11,230 nucleotides of DNA from a bacterium (GTDB taxonomy: Bacteria > Zhuqueibacterota > Zhuqueibacteria > Oceanimicrobiales > Oceanimicrobiaceae), in contig JBHHXN010000168.1 in NCBI GenBank assembly GCA_046757025.1, positions 1 through 11,230 of the forward strand, in the 5' to 3' direction. The notes below the pieces were generated by a model that saw only the letters and a program-made list of their open reading frames with translations, had not been told where the DNA came from and did not search any database. Below, piece by piece: positions 1 to 6,695 of this stretch. Both the position numbers and the translations under genes were made by a program. Position 1 is the first letter of the stretch; every line of letters starts with the position of its first letter.

Positions 1-412
1 TACATTCATTTCATATTGTCAGCAAGCTCAAATATCTTCTGCGAAACTTGAGTTATATAATCATTTAACGGAGCTTCACCTCAAAGCAACAGGTAAATTG
101 GGAAACAAAACAGAAAGCTGCCAAAAGTTTTTGAGTGCTTTCGATTTGGCATCCGAACCCGGGCAAGCCGGAACCAAAAAAAAAACGCATGCCGTATAAA
201 GGCCGGAGCGAAACGGAAAGGTGGCCAATTTATTTGTTCTTTTCATTGCGCGCCTGGCGGCTTTGGGTGAGATTGTTAAAAACATTGTAAAAAAACAAAG
301 ATTTACGGAATAATAGAATATTGTTCATAAGGCTCCGGGTGGACATTAGTGAATACCAAAGTTGTTGCCTTTATATTTATAAAATTTATGGCCATAATAT
401 GGCATCAGACTA

Positions 413-471
413 TGTGCAAATACTTGCCCAAAGATAATGCAAATCTTTGCACAAATGGAGAATTTCTTGCA
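413..471. promoter_or_regulatory. Tandem palindromic sites, putative transcription factor or enhancer-binding-protein sites
   Basis: Perfect TGCAAA-tc-TTTGCA at 438-451, near copy TGCAAA-ta-cTTGCc at 415-428 and a half site TTGCA at 467-471. They are spaced 20-23 bp apart and lie about 60-120 bp upstream of a sigma54-like motif. Confidence 0.4.
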
Positions 472-530
472 ATCAGTTTAAAAGTCTTAACTTTTATTAA
501 TATTGTACTTAACCAATCTAAGTAATTACA

Positions 531-547
531 CGGCATAAAATTTGCCG
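531..547 (+). promoter_or_regulatory. Putative sigma54 (-24/-12) promoter upstream of susC
   Basis: cGGCAtaaaatTTGCc has GG at 532-533 and GC at 544-545, the exact GG-N10-GC spacing of the TGGCAC-N5-TTGCW consensus. The motif is also an inverted repeat (CGGCA...TGCCG), so it could instead be an operator. Confidence 0.45.
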
Positions 548-663
548 ATCCGTTATTACTTCCTTTCTCAACCTTAAATCCTGTACGTTTGTATATGTTC
601 CAAAAAGCCAATAAAGTGTAATTTTCATTAAATTATTTAATAATTCGAAATATGATCACTAAT

Positions 664-753
664 TGGATTGAGAGATTGTTGGCTTACATAAGCCAGCGAT
701 CGCCTCCGTGACGACGCAATACGAGACTTTAAGATTTAACTTAAATTAATCCA
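664..753 (+). ncRNA. Candidate structured 5' leader (four-way junction) of susC
   Basis: Hand-paired stems are 664-671/746-753, 674-686/689-701 (two G-U pairs), 704-709/721-725 and 728-733/740-745. The structure ends 47 nt before the ATG. No riboswitch family that I recognise matches it. Confidence 0.35.
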
Positions 754-800
754 TTCACTTATTTAATTATTACCAAAAACTCATTGGTAGGAGGAGAGAT

Positions 801-3800
801 ATGCGAAGTAAATTTGTATTTTTATTTCTCACATGCTGTTTTATTCTCACCCCGGTATTTTTATGGGCACAAGAGGGCATCACCGTGTCTGGTAAAGTCA
901 CCGACAACAATGGCGATCCTTTACCCGGCGCGAACGTGCTCATACAATTGACCAACCTGGGTACGGCTGCGGATATCAACGGCGAATACAAATTCATGGT
1001 GCCGGCCAAAGCCGTTAAGGGTCAAGAAGTCAAACTGGAAGCCCGATTCATCGGCTATCGTACGCGCGTGGAAAAAGTCGTTCTGACCCCCGGTGTGGAC
1101 GTGAACCAAGACTTCACCCTGCCAGTTGACATTCTGGATATGGACGCCATCGTAGTGACGGGCGTGATGGAGGAAACCCCGAAAACCAAGCTGGCGTTTA
1201 CCGTTTCCCGTGTCAACGAAGAACAAATTCAAATGGCGCCTTCCGTGAACCCCATGTCGAGCTTGAAAGGCAAAGTCGCGGGCGCGAAAGTGGTGCAGGG
1301 CGAAGGGACTCCGGGCACCGGCGTATCCATCAACCTGCGTGGCGCCACCAGTATCCAGAAAACCTCGACGCCGCTGATCGTGGTGGACGGCACCATTCTA
1401 GGCGCCAACCAGATCGACCTGGACGCTCTGGACATCGAGAGTATGGAAGTGGTGAAAGGCGCGGCAGCGGCTTCCATTTGGGGGGCGCGCGCGGCTAATG
1501 GTATCATCCAGATCAAGACCAAACGCGGCAGCGGACTGGCGCTGGACAAAACCCGCATCACCCTGAGAAGCGAAGTGGGTGTGAACCAACTGCCGGCCAA
1601 ATCGCAAGACTACGTTTCGCAGCACCACGAATTCAAAGTGAATGCCAGCGGCCAATTTGTAGACGACGATGGCAACGTGGTGGAATTCGGCGATGCGGTA
1701 TTAGATGACGACGCGGGCTTCACCTTTCAGGACAACGTTTTCCCGGGTCAGCTCTACGATCACATGGGTTTGTTCTTCGATCCCGGTACCTTTAACCGCA
1801 ATTCGGCTTCCGTCAGCCACAATTCCGGAACCACCAACTACCGCATTTCATTCGGCAACATCAAGGAACCCGGCGTGGTTACCGGTCAAAAAGGCTATCG
1901 CCGAAACAACCTGCGTTTGAATTTCGATCACCGAATCAACAGCAATTTTGATCTGTCGTTTACGGGTTATTATTCGTCCTCAACCCGCGACGATCCGCAG
2001 ACAGAGGCGCCCAATCCGCTGTACGGACTCATGTTCATCAACCCGAATGCAAATCTTCTGGAAAACAACGAGGACGGAACGCCATATAAAGTTCAGCCCG
2101 ATCCGAGAACCCTGGAAGAGAATCCGCTTTACGCCATCAACAATGCGGAGATTTCAGCAGACCGTCAACGCATTCAGGGCAGCTTGAGCTTGCGTTATTC
2201 ACCCTGGAGCTGGCTGAACATCGCGGGTGATTTCAGCTTCGACCGTTCGGACCGGCTGCGCCAAGAATTCTATTTCAAAGGTTTCAAAACCATCGACGGT
2301 GGCAAAAATTTAGGCGAATTTGAAAAATCCGAATCGCACGACGAAGCCATCAACGCCAGCATCACCGCCACCATCACCAAGCAGTTCGGCGACCTCACTT
2401 CCAGAACGCAGCTGCGTTATTTGCTGGAAGACACCGAATTCAGCCAGACCTTTGCACAGGGTCAGGATTTGACGGTGAACGACGTCCGCGACTTGGGCGT
2501 GGTGCAAGGCGACAAGAGCATCAATTCCGCCTTTCAGGAAGTGCGCTCGGCGGGCTATTACCTGGTATCGGGCATCGACTACCGCGACAAATACATCGCC
2601 GACATTCTGGTACGCCGAGACGGCAGCTCGTTGTTTGGCCCAGAGGAAAGATGGAACACCTATTTCCGTTTCAGCGGCGCCTACCGCTTGTCGCAGGAAC
2701 CCTGGTGGTTCACCGACAAGATCAACGAATTCAAACTGCGCTATTCCGTAGGAACCGCGGGAGGTCGTCCTTCCTTCGCGGATCAATATGAAGTTTTTTC
2801 AGTTAGCGGCGGCTCCGTCACCAAAGGCAATCTCGGCAACAAAGAGCTCAAACCCGAATTTGCCACCGAGCATGAATTTGGTATGGAAATGACCTTCCTC
2901 GATCGTTTTGGCTTGGAATTGGTTTACGCTCGTACCACGGTGAAAGATCAATTGTTGGAAGTACCTCTGGCAGGATATTATGGTTTTTCCGAGCAATGGC
3001 AAAACGCCGGTACCGTGGAAAACAACACCATCGAAGCCAGTCTCCACGCCTCGCTACTGACTTCACGCAATATGAGCTGGTCTGCGGGTTTGGTGTTTGA
3101 CCGCACCCATCAGAAAATCACCGAATTCAATCTGCCCGCATTTCGTTATGGTCCTCAAAGCGCTTTTTATAATCGGAAAGGCGAGGTGCTGGGTTCCATG
3201 TACGGTAAATTGTGGATGACCAGCAAAGATGAGCTGGCCATTCATGACGAAGGCATTCATGCCAATTCAATGGACCAGTTTGACGTCAACGATGACGGCT
3301 TGTTAGTGCCCGTTGGCTCGGGCAATTCCTACAAAAGCGGTCTCTGGGGAACCACGGTGACCATCGATGGCGTGGACTACGATTGGGGCATGCCGCTTGA
3401 ATTTGTCGATTTTGACGAGAATGGCAACAAAACCACTTTTCACAAAATCGGCGATGTGGTACCGGATTTCAATTTAGGTCTGTCTTCCACCTTCCGCTGG
3501 AAAGGCTTCAATGCGTATGTTCTTTTTGACGCGGAAGTGGGCGGCGAAATCTACAACAACACCCGGCAGTGGGCTTACCGTGAGCTGCGTCACAAAGACG
3601 TGGATCAGTTCGGCAAAGCCGATGAGCTCAAAAAACCCATCAACTACTATGCCGCGCTCTATGCCGTCAACGCCATCAATAGCTGGTATGTGGAAGATGG
3701 TACTTACGTGAAACTACGCGAGTTGAATTTGTCCTATGCCTTCAACCAAACCCAACTTTCCAGCATATTCGGCAGTTTCATTGGCAACTCGCTCAACCGC

Positions 3801-3959
3801 ATTTCCATCGGCGTCATCGGACGTAACCTGTTAACCTTCACCGATTACAGCGGGTTTGATCCCGAAGTGGGTGAAGACAATGCCACTCAGATTCGATTTG
3901 ATGGATTTGATTATCCCAACTATCGTACTTTCACGGGTTATATTGAAGTCGAATTTTAG
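801..3959 (+). CDS. susC: SusC/RagA family TonB-linked outer membrane transporter
   Basis: 1052 aa with SD AGGAGG at 789-794 and a signal peptide ending about LWA|QE. It has an N-terminal carboxypeptidase-regulatory-like domain (VSGKVTDNNGDPLPGANV...FIGY), the plug motif PLIVVDG, the SusC signature DIESMEVVKGAAAASIWGARAANGIIQIKTKRG, RRDGSSLFG, GNKELKPE, VEDGTYVKLREL, YSGFDPEV and a C-terminal YPNYRTFTGYIEVEF. The symbol is a family-level call. Confidence 0.97.
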   Translation: MRSKFVFLFLTCCFILTPVFLWAQEGITVSGKVTDNNGDPLPGANVLIQLTNLGTAADINGEYKFMVPAKAVKGQEVKLEARFIGYRTRVEKVVLTPGVDVNQDFTLPVDILDMDAIVVTGVMEETPKTKLAFTVSRVNEEQIQMAPSVNPMSSLKGKVAGAKVVQGEGTPGTGVSINLRGATSIQKTSTPLIVVDGTILGANQIDLDALDIESMEVVKGAAAASIWGARAANGIIQIKTKRGSGLALDKTRITLRSEVGVNQLPAKSQDYVSQHHEFKVNASGQFVDDDGNVVEFGDAVLDDDAGFTFQDNVFPGQLYDHMGLFFDPGTFNRNSASVSHNSGTTNYRISFGNIKEPGVVTGQKGYRRNNLRLNFDHRINSNFDLSFTGYYSSSTRDDPQTEAPNPLYGLMFINPNANLLENNEDGTPYKVQPDPRTLEENPLYAINNAEISADRQRIQGSLSLRYSPWSWLNIAGDFSFDRSDRLRQEFYFKGFKTIDGGKNLGEFEKSESHDEAINASITATITKQFGDLTSRTQLRYLLEDTEFSQTFAQGQDLTVNDVRDLGVVQGDKSINSAFQEVRSAGYYLVSGIDYRDKYIADILVRRDGSSLFGPEERWNTYFRFSGAYRLSQEPWWFTDKINEFKLRYSVGTAGGRPSFADQYEVFSVSGGSVTKGNLGNKELKPEFATEHEFGMEMTFLDRFGLELVYARTTVKDQLLEVPLAGYYGFSEQWQNAGTVENNTIEASLHASLLTSRNMSWSAGLVFDRTHQKITEFNLPAFRYGPQSAFYNRKGEVLGSMYGKLWMTSKDELAIHDEGIHANSMDQFDVNDDGLLVPVGSGNSYKSGLWGTTVTIDGVDYDWGMPLEFVDFDENGNKTTFHKIGDVVPDFNLGLSSTFRWKGFNAYVLFDAEVGGEIYNNTRQWAYRELRHKDVDQFGKADELKKPINYYAALYAVNAINSWYVEDGTYVKLRELNLSYAFNQTQLSSIFGSFIGNSLNRISIGVIGRNLLTFTDYSGFDPEVGEDNATQIRFDGFDYPNYRTFTGYIEVEF

Positions 3960-4029
3960 TTGAATGTTGTGAATTGATGGACAAATAGATAATTGAATTG
4001 AGGAACGACTGGAGTATTGGAGAATATTT

Positions 4030-4062
4030 AACTTTACTAAACTTTGAAAGTTTAGTAAAGTT
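4030..4062. repeat. Perfect 16-bp inverted repeat (REP-like hairpin) between susC and susD
   Basis: AACTTTACTAAACTTT-g-AAAGTTTAGTAAAGTT, arms at 4030-4045 and 4047-4062. Confidence 0.85.
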
Positions 4063-4129
4063 GATTGACTAAAACTCCAACATCTACTCAAAACCCTAAA
4101 AACCTTCACATAAGTAAGGAGGTAACTCA

Positions 4130-5656
4130 ATGAGAGTCTCAAAAACCTTATTAATATTTGGCGTAAGTTTATTGCTATTCGCCTGGTCGGGCTGCAATCC
4201 GGATATGAACGTTGAAAACCAGAACGCACCCGAAACCGAGCGGGCTTTATCCAATCCCGAGGATGTGGAAGCCCTGGTCGGCGGCGCCTATCTGACTTTT
4301 TTCGAAGTGCAGATGAAATCGTACCCCGGCATGGCTTTGAGCACCGCGGCCGATGAGCTGACCTCATCCTGGGGTAACTTTCACATGCGCTGGGCTTCCA
4401 CGGAACCGCGCATTGAATACGACAACAGCCCGACTTATTCTTATAATAATTTTACCGAAACCCCGTGGTACGATCTCTATTCGGTCATCTCCACAGCCAA
4501 TGATGCCTTAAAGTTACTGGATGGCGGAATGAAAATGGCCACCGAAGCCCGAACCGCACGTGCCCGGGCTTTTGCTAAATTTCTGCAGGGCGCGTCCCAC
4601 GGATTCTTAGCGCTGTTTTTCGATAAAGCCTTTATCTTTGATGAGACGGTAGATCTGGAAACCGACAAACTGGAATTCAGCCCCTACTCGGACGTCATGA
4701 CCGCGGCGATTTCTCAGCTTGAAGCCGCAGCAGCGCTTTTCGAGGCCGGTACGGCAGACGTACCCAGCGAGTGGATAAACGGTTTAACCGTCAGCAGCAG
4801 CGATATGGCCAAACTGGTGCATTCTTACATCGCACGCTATTTAGCCAGCGTGGCCCGCACGCCTGCCGATCGCGAAGCGGTGGACTGGAACAGGGTCATT
4901 TCTCACATTGATAAGGGTGTCACTGAAGATTTTGCTCCGGAAGGAGACGGCATCTTCTGGTGGGCGCGTCATTTTTATCAGGGACAACACCCGGTATGGG
5001 TACGGGCGGACAATAAAACCGTCGGCCTGGCCGACACCTCTGGTAATTATGAAGCCTGGTTGGCCACCCCGGTAGCCGATCGTCAACCTTTCCTGATTCA
5101 TACGGCTGATAAACGCATCACCGACGGCAATCCCGAAGGCGTGGGCTTGGATTTCCGCTATGCCGGCACCCCGAGACACCGTCCGGATCGCGGCACTTAT
5201 CACTTCTCGTTCTACTTTAATCAACGCTTCGAATACCATTTCTTGAACGACGCAACCGGTCCCATGCCAATGGTGACCACCCGAGAAATGGACCTGCTGA
5301 AAGCCGAAGCGCTCTTTCGTCTGAATCAGGGCGGTGTGGCAGACCTGATCAACAAAACGCGCGTACCTCGCGGTGGTTTACCGCCGGTCTCGGACTCCGA
5401 CGCCGACTTGTGGGACAAGCTGGTGTATGAGAAAAAGATCGAATGTTTCCTCGCCGGCAGCGCCGGCCTGGCTTTCTGGGACGCCCGCGGTTGGGATAAA
5501 CTCGTCAGCGGTACGCCATACCACTGGCCGGTACCGGGCCTGGAGCTGGAAATTCTGTTAGAGCCATATTACACCTTTGGCGGCCCCGGCGGCAAAGACA
5601 CGGTTCCCAAAACCATGCAACGTCGTCACGAACCGCTCGAGGTCGATCCATTCTAA
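4130..5656 (+). CDS. susD: SusD/RagB family nutrient-uptake outer membrane lipoprotein
   Basis: 508 aa directly downstream of susC, with SD AAGGAGGT at 4116-4123 and a lipoprotein signal (LLLFAWSG|C22). SusD-like motifs include WYDLYSVISTANDAL, ARAFAKFLQG, EMDLLKAEALFRL, LINKTRVPRGGLP, YEKKIECF, FWDARGW and WPVPGLEL. The symbol is a family-level call. Confidence 0.93.
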   Translation: MRVSKTLLIFGVSLLLFAWSGCNPDMNVENQNAPETERALSNPEDVEALVGGAYLTFFEVQMKSYPGMALSTAADELTSSWGNFHMRWASTEPRIEYDNSPTYSYNNFTETPWYDLYSVISTANDALKLLDGGMKMATEARTARARAFAKFLQGASHGFLALFFDKAFIFDETVDLETDKLEFSPYSDVMTAAISQLEAAAALFEAGTADVPSEWINGLTVSSSDMAKLVHSYIARYLASVARTPADREAVDWNRVISHIDKGVTEDFAPEGDGIFWWARHFYQGQHPVWVRADNKTVGLADTSGNYEAWLATPVADRQPFLIHTADKRITDGNPEGVGLDFRYAGTPRHRPDRGTYHFSFYFNQRFEYHFLNDATGPMPMVTTREMDLLKAEALFRLNQGGVADLINKTRVPRGGLPPVSDSDADLWDKLVYEKKIECFLAGSAGLAFWDARGWDKLVSGTPYHWPVPGLELEILLEPYYTFGGPGGKDTVPKTMQRRHEPLEVDPF

Positions 5657-5691
5657 TGGTGAACTTTAAAAGGAGTCTTTTCTTTTAACAC

Positions 5692-5734
5692 AGAAAGGCC
5701 ATCAAAATGCTTTTGATGGCCTTTCTTGTTTGTT
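5692..5734 (+). terminator. Intrinsic terminator after susD
   Basis: Perfect 16-bp stem AGAAAGGCCATCAAAA-tgc-TTTTGATGGCCTTTCT (5692-5707/5711-5726) with a T-rich tail TGTTTGTT, starting 35 nt after the stop codon. Confidence 0.85.
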
Positions 5735-5846
5735 GAGAATTCTGAGTGTCCAGATTTATGCGATTTAAATGGGCCGCTGATGATTCAGATGGATATCGAG
5801 TCGGATCTTTAAAATGTGATTTTATTTGACAAAATAAACAGGCAAC

Positions 5847-5903
5847 GAACACCCCTCTCGTTTCGGCTAATGAGGAGGAGCTTTTTGAGGGGTGTTCCTC
5901 ATT
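5847..5903. repeat. 11-bp inverted repeat with loop-to-flank complementarity
   Basis: GAACACCCCTC (5847-5857) pairs with GAGGGGTGTTC (5887-5897). Loop AATGAG (5869-5874) is complementary to CTCATT (5898-5903). Confidence 0.6.
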
Positions 5904-5966
5904 TTATCGGCTAAAAACCGAATCGTTTTGCTGAGTAAAATCTTTCGCATTTTATTCAGAATAGTA

Positions 5967-5995
5967 TTGACAGAAAACACGACATTTTTTACCTT
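5967..5995 (+). promoter_or_regulatory. Putative sigma70 promoter
   Basis: Perfect TTGACA (5967-5972), a 17-bp spacer and TACCTT (5990-5995, TAnnnT), with AT-rich sequence upstream. Confidence 0.45.
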
Positions 5996-5998
5996 ATT

Positions 5999-6149
5999 TC
6001 GTGTCCATCTGTAAAGAGCCTTTTTTTATCATTCCCGCAATCTTTAAGCGGGAATCCATTAGTCAGTTAGTCACAAGATTCCCGATGAGCTTGTCCCTGC
6101 ATGTTGTAGGCAGGGAGCACTCGGGAATGACGATTACGGATGGACCCTA
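5999..6149. mobile_element. MITE-like element enclosing an ATTCCCG...CGGGAAT REP-like doublet
   Basis: Outer inverted repeat GTCCATCTGTAA (6003-6014) / TTACGGATGGAC (6134-6145) matches 11/12, or 13/16 when extended to 5999/6149. Inside are TCATTCCCGC-9nt-GCGGGAATCC (6029-6057) and GATTCCCGA...TCGGGAATGAC (6077-6131), which resemble Neisseria dRS3 and Rickettsia RPE-type palindromes. Confidence 0.65.
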
Positions 6150-6206
6150 TTTAGAATTCTTCAGCATTTTGCTGTTGACAGGTAGCTAAAGAACCGCTTT
6201 CTAACT

Positions 6207-6316
6207 AATCGCGGCGCTGACCCACGAGCACGCAAGCTGGGAGCCCCGCGGTGCGGGGTGGACAAAGCACTGGGCGAAGTCAGCGACGCGATTCCGCTCG
6301 ACGCAGTCGCGCGGAA
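6207..6316. repeat. GC-rich multibranch palindromic element (MITE/REP-like or structured RNA)
   Basis: AATCGCG-g-CGCTGAC (6207-6221) pairs with GTCAGCG-a-CGCGATT (6279-6293) and encloses CCCCGC-ggt-GCGGGG (6244-6258). It is followed by TTCCGC-t-CGAC-gca-GTCG-c-GCGGAA (6292-6316). Confidence 0.65.
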
Positions 6317-6331
6317 CATTGCAATAGAGCA

Positions 6332-6414
6332 GTCATTGCGAGGCTGTTTTTACCGAAGCAATCTCCAGCGGATAGGCAAGAGATTGCTTTCCCGACACTC
6401 GGGACTCGCAATGA
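6332..6414. repeat. GTCATTGCGAG...AAGCAATCTC / GAGATTGCTT...CTCGCAATGA REP/RPE-like palindromic element
   Basis: TCATTGCGAG (6333-6342) pairs with CTCGCAATGA (6405-6414), and AAGCAATCTC (6356-6365) with GAGATTGCTT (6380-6389). There is a side hairpin TCCCGA-cac-TCGGGA (6390-6404). I recall this architecture as a widespread intergenic repeat type. Confidence 0.75.
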
Positions 6415-6695
6415 AATCAATGGTCTGTTTTAGGGTGAACGATAATTAGGAAACGCTCTACTAGTGGCCTGGACGAGTTGTTAAGAATTATCCACAAATT
6501 TTCAAAATACTCTGATGCCGAAAATCTCACATTATGTGCAACCAATTCATATACAAAGGACTAAAAGCCAACAGCTAAATACCAATGGCCGAAGGTTTCC
6601 ATTGTTTTTTCAATGAAATGTCATGAAGCCTGATGAACAAACTATCTTTTAGACCAGGCAACTCAATTTTGTACCAAGGAAAAAGGAGGAAATAA

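Noticed and set aside
1..14. Minus-strand ATGs that might start a divergent gene
   Set aside because: There is no convincing SD, one frame stops immediately, and the others leave the window, so a gene cannot be supported.
76..611. Minus-strand ORFs 76-285 and 405-611
   Set aside because: They are short, have non-ATG starts, show no recognisable motifs and lie in AT-rich regulatory DNA.
3282..3425. Dx[DN]xDG-like loops in SusC (DVNDDG, DFDENG)
   Set aside because: They lie in the region where SusC proteins commonly carry a DxNGDG-type motif, so they are not novel.
770..5561. Many antisense or alternate-frame ORFs overlapping susC and susD (e.g. 2310-2786, 3831-4367, 4841-5239)
   Set aside because: These are shadow ORFs expected from the codon bias of long GC3-rich genes and show no protein-family features.
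5777..5813. CTGATGA hammerhead-ribozyme core motif
   Set aside because: No GAAA follows a plausible stem II, and no stems I/III or cleavage triplet can be assembled.
5826..6180. Additional TTGACA hexamers at 5826-5831 and 6175-6180
   Set aside because: Neither has an acceptable -10 element at 16-18 bp spacing.
6198..6350. TTCTAAC followed by palindromic DNA as an integron attC site
   Set aside because: There is no matching GTTRRRY core at the far end, no L-box pair, no cassette ORF ending there and no integrase.
6001..6449. ORFs 6001-6189, 6251-6433 and 6258-6449
   Set aside because: They lie entirely over palindromic repeats, have GTG starts without a good SD, and encode no recognisable protein.
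5847..6460. CRISPR array, tRNA or SRP RNA
   Set aside because: There are no regularly spaced identical direct repeats or cas genes, no T-loop or D-loop consensus, and no SRP helix-8 motif.
6488..6496. Perfect DnaA box TTATCCACA
   Set aside because: It is a single copy with no box cluster or origin-associated genes, which is compatible with chance.
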